A stretch of DNA of 64,000 nt, from the NCBI GenBank assembly GCA_020058085.1, contig JAGVER010000005.1, forward strand, positions 2,743-66,742. The letters run 5' to 3'. Each line of letters begins with the position of its first letter. The first letter of the stretch is position 1. The stretch is from Candidatus Omnitrophota bacterium (GTDB lineage Bacteria; Omnitrophota; Gorgyraeia; Gygaellales; Profunditerraquicolaceae). The translations under genes were made by a program, and so were the position numbers. Positions 43,734 through 52,100 of the stretch are shown one piece after another. The notes below the pieces were generated by a model. That model was not told where the DNA came from, made no database searches, and worked only from the letters and a program-made list of their open reading frames with translations.

Positions 43734-44501
43734 ATGTCTAAATATTATACTGGCAGGAGAACCAAGAATTTATTTGATCCGCAATCCAAGGCTCCTTTTA
43801 AGCTAAGCCGCACGAAAATTGAACTTTTTATTAACTGCCCGCGATGTTTTTATTTAGATAGGAGGTTGGGCGTAGGGCAGCCTCCCGGATATCCCTTTGC
43901 TTTAAATTCCGCAGTAGATAAACTATTGAAAAAAGAATTTGATTTTTATAGGGAGAGGCAAAGAGTCCATCCTCTTATGGAAGCCAATGGAATTAAGGCA
44001 GTTCCTTTTAAGCATGAGAAGATGGATTATTGGCGGGATGCCCTGCGCGGTGGAATTGAGTATTTGCATCCTCCGACTAATCTTTTGCTTTGTGGGGGTA
44101 TCGATGATCTTTGGGTTGCGCCAAGCGGAGAGCTTTTTATCGTGGATTACAAGAGCACAGCCAAGGAAGAAGAAGTAAACATAGATGCGGATTGGCAGAT
44201 ATCTTATAAGAGGCAGATGGAGATATACCAGTGGTTATTCAGGCGCAATGGTTTTAATGTATCGCCAACCAGTTATTTTGTATATTGCAACGGCTTGACG
44301 GATAAAGAGAGTTTTGAGGCAAGGCTTGATTTTGATATAAAGATAATACCTTATCTGGGGGATGATTCTTGGTTGGAGGCTAAGATTGTTCAGATGCATA
44401 AATGCCTGATTAGCACTGAAGTTCCTGATTGCGGCGCTGACTGTGACTATTGCCGATATAGGAAGGCTATCTCTGAAGTGAGTAAACAAAGCTTTTGTTA
44501 G
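43734..44501 (+). CDS. PD-(D/E)XK nuclease family protein with Cas4-like cysteine cluster
   Basis: IDDLW...IVDYKS core. An N-terminal cysteine pair (NCPRC) and C-terminal CGADCDYC suggest a 4Fe-4S cluster. Confidence 0.6.
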   Translation: MSKYYTGRRTKNLFDPQSKAPFKLSRTKIELFINCPRCFYLDRRLGVGQPPGYPFALNSAVDKLLKKEFDFYRERQRVHPLMEANGIKAVPFKHEKMDYWRDALRGGIEYLHPPTNLLLCGGIDDLWVAPSGELFIVDYKSTAKEEEVNIDADWQISYKRQMEIYQWLFRRNGFNVSPTSYFVYCNGLTDKESFEARLDFDIKIIPYLGDDSWLEAKIVQMHKCLISTEVPDCGADCDYCRYRKAISEVSKQSFC

Positions 44502-44512
44502 GCTAGTAAAGA

Positions 44513-45583
44513 ATGAAAAGCAAAGTATATTTTATTCGTCTTAGGAATTCAGAGGAGTTACGAGTGGTTATAAGCAAGCTTGAACATCTGCTTGAAAAAA
44601 GCCATCTCTTTGATTTTATTCGTCCAAATTCTAAGGTTGCTGTTAAGATGCATTTCGGAGAAGAAGGGAACACCGGATTTGTCAAACCAGAGTATCTGCG
44701 TGTAGTCTGCAATAAGGTATCCGGTCAGGGAGCAAGCGCATTTATATCAGATACCAATACTCTTTACCGTGGCCGGCGCACTAATTCCCCAGATCATTTG
44801 GCACTTGCCCGCGAACATGGTTTTACCCGCGAGGCAACCGGTGTTGAAGTGGTTGTGCCCGATGATCATGATAAAGGAAGTACCATAGATATACCAATCA
44901 ATCAAAGATTTATCAAGATTGCTAAGCTTGCGCGAATTTTTGTGGATGCTGATGCCATCGTAGGTGTCAGCCATTTCAAGGGGCATATCATGACTGGTTT
45001 TGGCGGAGCTCTGAAAAATCTTGGTATGGGTTGTGCCGCGCGGGTAGGTAAACTACAGCAGCATTCTGATATTTCGCCTATTGTCTATGAGCAGAGATGC
45101 ACGGGTTGCGGGGAGTGCGTTAATGTTTGTCCTGTAGACGCAATTCTTATTAAAAATAATAAATCGGTTATCAATGGCTTAAAATGTATTGGTTGCGCAA
45201 CTTGTATCGCAGTATGCCCTTATTCGGCGATAGATGTACCTTGGGAATCAGGCGGAGCCATTATTCAGGAGAAGATGATTGAATATGCTTCGGCGGTGAT
45301 GAGAAACAAGAAGGGAAAAGCCACGTTTTTAAATTTTGCTCTTAAGATTACCAAGGAATGCGACTGTCTGGCAAAGGATGACCCCAGGATTGCGCCTGAT
45401 ATCGGAGTATTGGCGTCGAATGATCCGGTAAGTATTGATAAGGCCAGTTTTGATTTAATAAATCAGGCATGCGGTAGGGATATCTTTAAAGAGCTTCATC
45501 CTCAGCGTGATGGTAGCAAACAGCTTAAGTATGCTCAAGAATTGGGTTTGGGTAGTTTGGATTATGAGCTGATTGATTTGTAG
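44513..45583 (+). CDS. DUF362-domain protein with 2x[4Fe-4S] ferredoxin insert
   Basis: CTGCGECVNVCP and CIGCATCIAVCP motifs inside a DUF362-like frame. Confidence 0.75.
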   Translation: MKSKVYFIRLRNSEELRVVISKLEHLLEKSHLFDFIRPNSKVAVKMHFGEEGNTGFVKPEYLRVVCNKVSGQGASAFISDTNTLYRGRRTNSPDHLALAREHGFTREATGVEVVVPDDHDKGSTIDIPINQRFIKIAKLARIFVDADAIVGVSHFKGHIMTGFGGALKNLGMGCAARVGKLQQHSDISPIVYEQRCTGCGECVNVCPVDAILIKNNKSVINGLKCIGCATCIAVCPYSAIDVPWESGGAIIQEKMIEYASAVMRNKKGKATFLNFALKITKECDCLAKDDPRIAPDIGVLASNDPVSIDKASFDLINQACGRDIFKELHPQRDGSKQLKYAQELGLGSLDYELIDL

Positions 45584-46643
45584 TAAAAATAGGGTTGAAT
45601 TGATAATGGAAAAGAATCGGAAAGAATATGAAGTTGGCGATCAGGCAATCGATAGCTTAATTAATGAACTTGCCAAGAGGTCCAGTTCTGTTGAAACCGA
45701 GCATTTATTGCGCGAGATACTCACGACTACAGTTAAATTGGGTATGGAGTCCGGAGACAGAGGAGATCTTAAGCTTGTAAATAATGCACTAAAGGAATTG
45801 CGCTATTCTTTTAAGATTTTTTTTCCTTATCGGGCTGTTAAAAAGGTAATAATCTTTGGGTCGGCAAGGTCAAAGAAAGAATCAGCAGAATATAAGATGG
45901 CCGAGGCATTCTCCGGAAAACTGACAAAAAAAGGCTATATGATTGTAACCGGAGGTGGCCCCGGGGTAATGGAAGCTGGCAATAAGGGTGCGGAAATCGG
46001 GAAAGACTTCGCGCTAAACATCCGTCTTCCTTTTGAGCAAAAACCAAATCCTTACGTGCATGAAAAAGATAAATTAATTAATTTTAAATATTTTTTCACG
46101 AGAAAGTTAATTTTTGTAAAAGAAACTGATGCAACCGCTCTTTTCCCGGGTGGATTCGGGACTCAAGATGAGGGGCTTGAAATGCTTACTCTAATCCAAA
46201 CCGGTAAATCCCGGCCCCGTCCCGTAGTTTTAATGGAACCGAAAGGTTCAAGATACTGGTCCGCGTGGATGGATTTTGTGAATAACCAGTTAGTTAAGAA
46301 AGGTTTTATTAAAAAAGAAGACCTTAATATTTTTCGTATCGTGAAAACTGTTGATCAAGGAATTAAGTATATAGAAGATTTTTATCGAGTATACCACTCG
46401 ATAAGGTATGTTCTAGGCTTAACTGTGCTAAGGCTGAATAAGGAGATTTCCGGAAAAAAGTTGAAGTTTATCAATCAAGAATTTAAGGACATTTTGACAA
46501 GCGGAGAGATTAAAGTTTCTCCTCCGACGAAGAAAGAAATTTTGGAAAATGAATTTCTTAATCTACCTAGGCTCGCGATGAATTTTAACTTACGTGATTA
46601 CGGCAGGCTCTTCGAGTTGATTCGAGTTATTAACGAAGTTTAA
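45573..46643 (+). CDS. LOG/TIGR00730-family nucleotide 5'-monophosphate nucleosidase-like protein (PpnN-like long form)
   Basis: IFGSAR, TGGGPGVMEAGNKGA and PGGFGTQDE motifs. The start may be ATG 45606. Confidence 0.7.
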   Translation: MICSKNRVELIMEKNRKEYEVGDQAIDSLINELAKRSSSVETEHLLREILTTTVKLGMESGDRGDLKLVNNALKELRYSFKIFFPYRAVKKVIIFGSARSKKESAEYKMAEAFSGKLTKKGYMIVTGGGPGVMEAGNKGAEIGKDFALNIRLPFEQKPNPYVHEKDKLINFKYFFTRKLIFVKETDATALFPGGFGTQDEGLEMLTLIQTGKSRPRPVVLMEPKGSRYWSAWMDFVNNQLVKKGFIKKEDLNIFRIVKTVDQGIKYIEDFYRVYHSIRYVLGLTVLRLNKEISGKKLKFINQEFKDILTSGEIKVSPPTKKEILENEFLNLPRLAMNFNLRDYGRLFELIRVINEV

Positions 46644-46660
46644 TGCGCAGGCGGGAGAAT

Positions 46661-47158
46661 TTAGGGTGTTTCTTGTTCGGCCTTATTTGTTATCTTCTGA
46701 ATTATCGGATTATCTTTAAGCCGTATCAATTTCTCATTATTCATCAAGCTAGCGGTATTTCCGGATTTTACCGCATTAATAATTTCAGGGTCATTAAGGA
46801 CCGCCTGAAACTGGGGATCATTTTGCAGTGACGTAACCATTCCCATGGTTTCTTTGTCGCCGAGTATTTTATTTTTCATAGCTTCTATCTGATCTGAAGA
46901 AGGTCCATAGCCTCGGGGTGTCGTAACTCCTGGATTTTTCTCGGTGTCAGCGAGAATGATCTGCTTAATACGCGATTCTTCTATTTGTAACACGCCCATC
47001 TCTTGAGAATTAATGGTATATTTCCCGTTATTTATTCCAGAGACTTCACCGATAATAACACTTCCATCAACAAGCTCAACCTTGCTTAACTTATTTGCTA
47101 GCGCTAGAGAGATAAAAATATTAAAGAATACAATCAAAGTTAATATAGTCTTCTTCAT
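46661..47158 (-). CDS. Hypothetical secreted protein with C-terminal DP/STI1-like repeats
   Basis: Signal peptide MKKTILTLIVFFNIFISLALA. The C-terminus is LQNDPQFQAVLNDPEIINAVKSGNTASLMNNEKLIRLKDNPIIQKI. Confidence 0.6.
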   Translation of the reverse strand: MKKTILTLIVFFNIFISLALANKLSKVELVDGSVIIGEVSGINNGKYTINSQEMGVLQIEESRIKQIILADTEKNPGVTTPRGYGPSSDQIEAMKNKILGDKETMGMVTSLQNDPQFQAVLNDPEIINAVKSGNTASLMNNEKLIRLKDNPIIQKITNKAEQETP

Positions 47159-47271
47159 TATTTTTTCCTTTCTTTTCCAGATTTATATTTTACAATATAG
47201 CATTTTTTATTTTGAATAGCAATAAGATATTGATATTTACTTTATTATCTTTATAATAAGAACTATAAAAT

Positions 47272-48222
47272 ATGAAAATCATTTACGGAATAAATAAGAT
47301 TGAAGAATTTAAGAAGCCTGTTTTGGCGATGGGGGTCTTTGATGGAGTCCATCGCGGGCATAAGAAGATACTTAAGGCGGCTGTGGAGAAAGCGCGTAAG
47401 ATTAGAGGCACGAGCATTGCCTTGACTTTCTGGCCGCATCCGCAGAAAGAAGGGAACCTTTATTCTTTGGAGCATAGATTACGGCTTATCGCCGAGCTAG
47501 GGATTGATCTCTGCATTGTGGTTAATTTTAGCCGGAATTTTGCCGAGATTAAGGCGCAGGATTTTATAAAAGATATCTTAGTTGATAAAATATGCGCAGA
47601 ATATATTTATGTGGGCAATGATTTTAAGTTTGGCAAGAATGCGGAAGGCGACCTTGTCCTTTTAGATAATTTAGGCAGGATTTATGGTTTTAAAGCAAAG
47701 GGCCTTAAGATAATTAAGTCCGGAAGTAAACCTGTAAGTAGTACGTTAATCCGTAGCCTTGTCAAAAAAGGCGAGATAAGAAAAGCGCAAGGGCTCTTGC
47801 ACCGGCCGGTAAGTATTCTTGGGACTGTAATAAGGGGAACAACTTTGGGCAGGATATTAGGTTTTCCGACGGCAAATATAGATCCGCATCATGAAGTAAT
47901 CCCGGCAACGGGAATCTATGCTGTAAAAGTTGTTCTTGGAAAAAATAAATTAAAAGGCGTTTGTTACATTGGCATAAGGCCAACCATTAAAACAAGGGGA
48001 CGGTTCTATTTTTCTAAAAATAGAACCGTCCCCATTGTTTTAAAAAATAACAAGGTGAATGTCGAAGTTTACATATTTAATTTTAAGAAAAATATTTACG
48101 GAAAATATCTGGAGATCCAATTTGTGAAAAAGATCCGTTCGGACAGAAAATTTCCTTCTTTAACGCTCTTAGCCAATCAGATCAAAAAAGACGTAGCCTC
48201 TGCAAAGAAAATCCTCTCCTAA
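47272..48222 (+). CDS. ribF: Bifunctional riboflavin kinase / FMN adenylyltransferase
   Basis: GVFDGVHRGH, FWPHP, GFPTANI and IRSDRKFPSL motifs. Confidence 0.92.
   Translation: MKIIYGINKIEEFKKPVLAMGVFDGVHRGHKKILKAAVEKARKIRGTSIALTFWPHPQKEGNLYSLEHRLRLIAELGIDLCIVVNFSRNFAEIKAQDFIKDILVDKICAEYIYVGNDFKFGKNAEGDLVLLDNLGRIYGFKAKGLKIIKSGSKPVSSTLIRSLVKKGEIRKAQGLLHRPVSILGTVIRGTTLGRILGFPTANIDPHHEVIPATGIYAVKVVLGKNKLKGVCYIGIRPTIKTRGRFYFSKNRTVPIVLKNNKVNVEVYIFNFKKNIYGKYLEIQFVKKIRSDRKFPSLTLLANQIKKDVASAKKILS
47989..48041. repeat. Perfect 18-bp-arm palindrome (extended to ~25 bp) lying in-frame inside ribF
   Basis: ggggacggttctattttt (47996-48013), ct, aaaaatagaaccgtcccc (48016-48033). It is flanked by aaaacaa/ttgtttt. 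It encodes ...KTRGRFYFSKNRTVPIVLK..., which sits between conserved RibF blocks (GIRPT ... VEVYIFNF). Confidence 0.9.
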
Positions 48223-48307
48223 GCCTTTTGAGCACCACAATGCCTAGTAATTTAATCTAGATTAGCCACTACCTCTTGTTTTAGAGCAATTTAGGTAAAT
48301 TTTTTTC

Positions 48308-48336
48308 TTGACAAAGGGGAGGATTATATCTATACT
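48308..48336 (+). promoter_or_regulatory. Near-consensus sigma70 promoter of the dcw cluster (Pmra)
   Basis: TTGACA (48308-13), 17-nt spacer, TATACT (48331-36). Confidence 0.7.
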
Positions 48337-48347
48337 TTGACTACAAA

Positions 48348-48372
48348 GTGGATGAAAGTGGGACATAGTGGA
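48348..48372 (+). promoter_or_regulatory. MraZ operator: three GTGG[AG] boxes at 10-nt periodicity
   Basis: GTGGA(48348) tgaaa GTGGG(48358) acata GTGGA(48368), between the -10 element and the mraZ SD. Confidence 0.75.
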
Positions 48373-48385
48373 AGGAGTCTAAGCC

Positions 48386-48823
48386 ATGTTCTATGGCGAA
48401 TATTTGCATTCTATAGATCGTAAGGGCCGCTTAATATTGCCTGCCAAATTTCGTGAGGCTGCCAAAGCACATTTTATTGAAAAATTCTTTGTGACTCGAG
48501 GTTTGGATAGCTGTCTTTTTATGCTCGCTGAAGAAGAGTGGAAGACTCAAGAAAGCAAGTTTAAGGCAATCTCTTTTACTAAGGCAGAGTCACGAAAATT
48601 TAACCGTCTTTATTTTTCCGGGGCCGTAGAGGTAAATTTTGATACACAAGGCAGGATTCTTCTGCCGCAATACTTAAAAGATTTCGCCCAGATTAAGAAA
48701 GATGTAGTTATCGTTGGTGTTTCTAACAGGATTGAGATTTGGGCAAAAGATAAATGGAACGAGTTTTACGGAAATTCTAAGCAGTCTTTCGAAGAGATTG
48801 CCGAGAAGTTGATGGATGCTTAA
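48386..48823 (+). CDS. mraZ: Transcriptional regulator MraZ
   Basis: MFYGEY.HSIDRKGRLILPAKFR and a second DTQGRILLPQYL SpoVT-AbrB repeat. Confidence 0.95.
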   Translation: MFYGEYLHSIDRKGRLILPAKFREAAKAHFIEKFFVTRGLDSCLFMLAEEEWKTQESKFKAISFTKAESRKFNRLYFSGAVEVNFDTQGRILLPQYLKDFAQIKKDVVIVGVSNRIEIWAKDKWNEFYGNSKQSFEEIAEKLMDA

Positions 48824-49718
48824 TACAAAATTTCATACTCCCGTAATGCTGCGGGAGGTCTTAGAATATTTAGATTTAAAGCCCGGCAAGGTAATAGTGG
48901 ATGCTACATTAGGGACCGCTGGGCATTCGGAAAATATATTAGAGCGGATTCTCCCTGGAGGAGGGCTCATCGGAATTGACCGCGATGAAGAATCTTTGTC
49001 TATCGCGCGAGAAAGGTTGAGTAAATTTGGGTTCGCTGCTAAATTTATCCACGGAAATTTCGTGGATTTAGATACGCTCTTAGAAAACTTGAAAGTAAGT
49101 AAGGTTGATGGCGTGCTTTTTGATTTAGGTATTTCTTCTGTCCAGCTTCAAGACACTGGCCGCGGTTTTAGTTTTCAAAGGGAGGGGCCTTTGGATATGC
49201 GTATGGATAAAGATAGTTATGTATCGGCGTATGATTTAGTGAATAACTTAAATGAAGAAGAGCTTTCTACTCTACTCTGGAATTTCGGAGAAGAGAGGTG
49301 GCATAATCGTATCGCTCGTATTCTGGTTCAGGAGAGAGAGAAGCATCCTATAACTACTACTCTAGAATTGGCCGATATCGTAGCCAGATCAATTCCTTCA
49401 AGGTATCGTTACCACCATTACCGTATACATCCGGCAACTCGGACTTTTCAGGCAGTGCGTATTGCCGTAAACAGGGAGTTGGAGATCCTGGAGTCCGCGG
49501 TTAATAAAGCCATTGCGATTTTAAATAAAAAAGCTAGGATTTGCGTTATTTCATTTCATTCGCTAGAAGACAGGGTGATAAAATTTGCGTTCCGTAGGGC
49601 AGAGGCCGACGGATTAATAAATATAGTAACTCCTAAACCTTTAACTCCGGCTCAGTCAGAAGTTGTGGCTAATCCGGCAAGCCGCTCCTCAAAGTTGAGA
49701 GTGGCAGAAAGAATATAA
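48816..49718 (+). CDS. rsmH: 16S rRNA (cytosine1402-N4)-methyltransferase
   Basis: HTPVML.EV, DATLGTAGHS, FDLGISS.Q, SFHSLEDR. Confidence 0.95.
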   Translation: MLNTKFHTPVMLREVLEYLDLKPGKVIVDATLGTAGHSENILERILPGGGLIGIDRDEESLSIARERLSKFGFAAKFIHGNFVDLDTLLENLKVSKVDGVLFDLGISSVQLQDTGRGFSFQREGPLDMRMDKDSYVSAYDLVNNLNEEELSTLLWNFGEERWHNRIARILVQEREKHPITTTLELADIVARSIPSRYRYHHYRIHPATRTFQAVRIAVNRELEILESAVNKAIAILNKKARICVISFHSLEDRVIKFAFRRAEADGLINIVTPKPLTPAQSEVVANPASRSSKLRVAERI

Positions 49719-49722
49719 AGCT

Positions 49723-50091
49723 ATGAGACTAAATAAATTCTTATCCCTGATTATTTCTGTTACTCTTTTCTCGGTGCTTTATGTTTACCAACAAAGCGAA
49801 ATTGTACGATTGGCTTATGCAGAACAAAAGCAACATACGGTCTTTCAGGATTTGTTAGATAAGAATAGTCTCCTAAGGTATAATATTGAAAAGAACTCTT
49901 CTCTGGTTAATATCGGGAATACTTTATCAAGCCGTTCGGATTTCCAGATGCCGGAGAAATATCAGTTAGTAAGATTAGTACCTACTAAGACAGGCGTTAC
50001 TTTTGCTCAAGGTTTTGGAGTCAGAGAAACTTTATTATCGCGTATTTTTGGTCCCAATAAGCAAGCGGAAGCAAGGACTATCAACCCCTAA
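49723..50091 (+). CDS. ftsL: FtsL-like bitopic division protein
   Basis: Single N-terminal TM and a position between rsmH and ftsI. Confidence 0.55.
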   Translation: MRLNKFLSLIISVTLFSVLYVYQQSEIVRLAYAEQKQHTVFQDLLDKNSLLRYNIEKNSSLVNIGNTLSSRSDFQMPEKYQLVRLVPTKTGVTFAQGFGVRETLLSRIFGPNKQAEARTINP

Positions 50092-50112
50092 TTTTCTTAG
50101 TCAAGGCTTAAT

Positions 50113-51828
50113 GTGCATATAAGTAACTATCGCCGAAAGTGCGAGGCGGTATTCCTATTTCTCCTTCTATTTTTAATCTTCTGCATTCTTAGATTACTCT
50201 ATATTCAAATCTTCCGCTCGAATTATCTAGCGGAAATTGCCAATAAGCAGCATAATCTATTTGCGGAGCTGGAACCATTTCGCGGCATAATTTATGATAT
50301 TAACTTTAAGCCGCAAACTCTTAATCTTCCTGCGGATTCGCTCTATGCTTCCCCGAACATGATGACAGAGAAGGATAAAGAAGCAGCTATCTTTCAACTA
50401 TCTGGTATATTAAATTTTAGCAAGGATTATTTAAGGGGTAGGTTATATCGCAAAAAATCTTTTATTTGGCTTGCGCGCAAAATAACTCCGGAACAAGCGC
50501 AGGCAATTAAGAAGCTAAAGATTAAAAGTTTAGGTTTCCTAAGGGAGAGCAAACGCAGTTATCCTAATACTTATCTGGCCAGTCAGATTATAGGATTTGC
50601 CGGGATTGACAATAGAGGATTAGAGGGGATCGAGCTTTATCTGGATAGATACTTAATGGGTGAGCCGGGGTGGGGAATATTTCTAAGGGACGCGCGGCAG
50701 AAGAGGTTGGATATTTACCAAAAAATGGTTTTGCCTAAAGATGGCATGGATGTTGTTTTAACTATTGATCAGGTGGTACAATATATCGCTGAGAGGGAAC
50801 TGGATAAGGCGTATAAGACTCACAATGCCAAAGGCGCAAGTATTATTGTTATGGATCCGCATACTGGTAGGATCCTGGCTTTAGCTAATCGGCCTACTTA
50901 TAACTTAAATGAGTATAGCAATGTTAGTAAAGATCAGACACGCAACCGCGCGATATGCGATTTATTCGAGCCGGGTTCAGTATTTAAGATAGTTACTGCT
51001 TCTGCAGCTTTGGAAGAGAAGAGGATAACCGAGGAGGATAAGATATTTTGCGAAAATGGATCTTATCGCGTAGCTAATCATACTTTACATGACCATACTT
51101 CGCATGGGTGGCTAACGTTTCGGGAGGTAATCGAGCAGTCAAGTAATATTGGTACTACTAAAATTGCCCAGATGCTTGGTCCGGAAATAGTCTATAAATA
51201 TGTAAGGCTTTTCGGTTTTGGCTCTAAGCTGGGGATCGACCTGCAGGGAGAGATATCTGGAATGATTAAGGAGCCGCGTTTCTGGTCTAAGACATCTATA
51301 GGCGCTGTGCCGATAGGGCAGGAAGTAGGAGTAACTACCCTGCAATTAGCTAGTGCGCTCTCCGTTATTGCGAACGGTGGCCAATTAATGAAGCCTTATA
51401 TTATAGAGGAGATTCGTGATAAACAGGGAAGGGTTATCAAGCGGACATCCCCTACCTTAATACGTAAAGTTATCTCTTTAGATACTGCGGCGCGAATATC
51501 TAAGATGCTTACCGGAGTAGTTGAGGAAGGGACGGGCAGAATGGCTCAGATTCCCGGGCTTACTTCTGCAGGCAAGACCGGAACTGCCCAGAAACTAGAT
51601 GCTAATGGCGCATACTCGCATGATAAGTTTGTCGCTTCATTTATTGGTTTTGCTCCGGTAGAAGACCCGGTGGTGACAATTGTAGTTTCTCTTGATGAAC
51701 CTCATCCATATTATTTTGGAGGCGTGGTTGCTGCTCCGGTATTTAGAAATGTAGCTGCCGATGTAGTGCGATACTTAAAGACAAAGCAGTCTTTAGATAC
51801 CCAGATGAACTCACTGAGTCATCAATAA
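50113..51828 (+). CDS. ftsI: Peptidoglycan D,D-transpeptidase FtsI (class B PBP)
   Basis: GTG start, N-terminal TM, and SxxK (GSVFK), SSN and KTGT motifs. Confidence 0.9.
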   Translation: MHISNYRRKCEAVFLFLLLFLIFCILRLLYIQIFRSNYLAEIANKQHNLFAELEPFRGIIYDINFKPQTLNLPADSLYASPNMMTEKDKEAAIFQLSGILNFSKDYLRGRLYRKKSFIWLARKITPEQAQAIKKLKIKSLGFLRESKRSYPNTYLASQIIGFAGIDNRGLEGIELYLDRYLMGEPGWGIFLRDARQKRLDIYQKMVLPKDGMDVVLTIDQVVQYIAERELDKAYKTHNAKGASIIVMDPHTGRILALANRPTYNLNEYSNVSKDQTRNRAICDLFEPGSVFKIVTASAALEEKRITEEDKIFCENGSYRVANHTLHDHTSHGWLTFREVIEQSSNIGTTKIAQMLGPEIVYKYVRLFGFGSKLGIDLQGEISGMIKEPRFWSKTSIGAVPIGQEVGVTTLQLASALSVIANGGQLMKPYIIEEIRDKQGRVIKRTSPTLIRKVISLDTAARISKMLTGVVEEGTGRMAQIPGLTSAGKTGTAQKLDANGAYSHDKFVASFIGFAPVEDPVVTIVVSLDEPHPYYFGGVVAAPVFRNVAADVVRYLKTKQSLDTQMNSLSHQ

Positions 51829-51830
51829 AT

Positions 51831-51949
51831 AATGGTCACATTGGCTGAGCTGATTTTGGTGCGAGACAAGGAACGAGGACGCAGGCGTAGCCTTCTGCTA
51901 CGCCAAGGACGAGTGACGCAGTCAGAGCCCAAAATCAGCTCAGCCCATT
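51831..51949 (+). repeat. GC-rich long hairpin element B (ftsI-murE spacer)
   Basis: Perfect 17-bp arms ggctgagctgattttgg (51843-59)/ccaaaatcagctcagcc (51929-45), and an apical hairpin ggcgtagc-cttct-gctacgcc (51884-51904). Confidence 0.8.
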
Positions 51950-51962
51950 AAATAGAATTAGC

Positions 51963-52070
51963 AGGGGAAGCCCGCCTTTCGGCCGTCTGCGGCGTTGCTC
52001 CTCCTCGGCGTAGTGCTTCGACTACGCCATCGTCGTCGCGCCTTGCATACGGCCTAAACTCGGGCTTTCA
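51963..52070 (+). repeat. GC-rich long hairpin element C (ftsI-murE spacer)
   Basis: Helices are gaagcccg/cgggcttt (G.U on the plus strand), ggccgt/acggcc, and the apical ggcgtagt-gcttcg-actacgcc (52007-28). It shares the ggcgtag apex with element B. Confidence 0.75.
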
Positions 52071-52100
52071 ATGTGCCCATTATTTGTTGATGACTCAGTA

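Noticed and set aside
46643-46831. 62-aa plus-strand ORF after the LOG-family gene
   Set aside because: It overlaps the better-supported minus-strand secreted-protein gene (46661-47158) and has an implausible composition.
48253-48264. 12-bp perfect palindrome taatctagatta downstream of ribF
   Set aside because: It is short and AT-rich in an AT-rich genome. It could be an operator, but chance occurrence is plausible and nothing else supports it.
52071-52100. ATG 52071 as the murE start
   Set aside because: It would begin at the foot of hairpin element C and add a non-conserved MCPLFVDDSV. ATG 52101 gives a typical MurE N-terminus.
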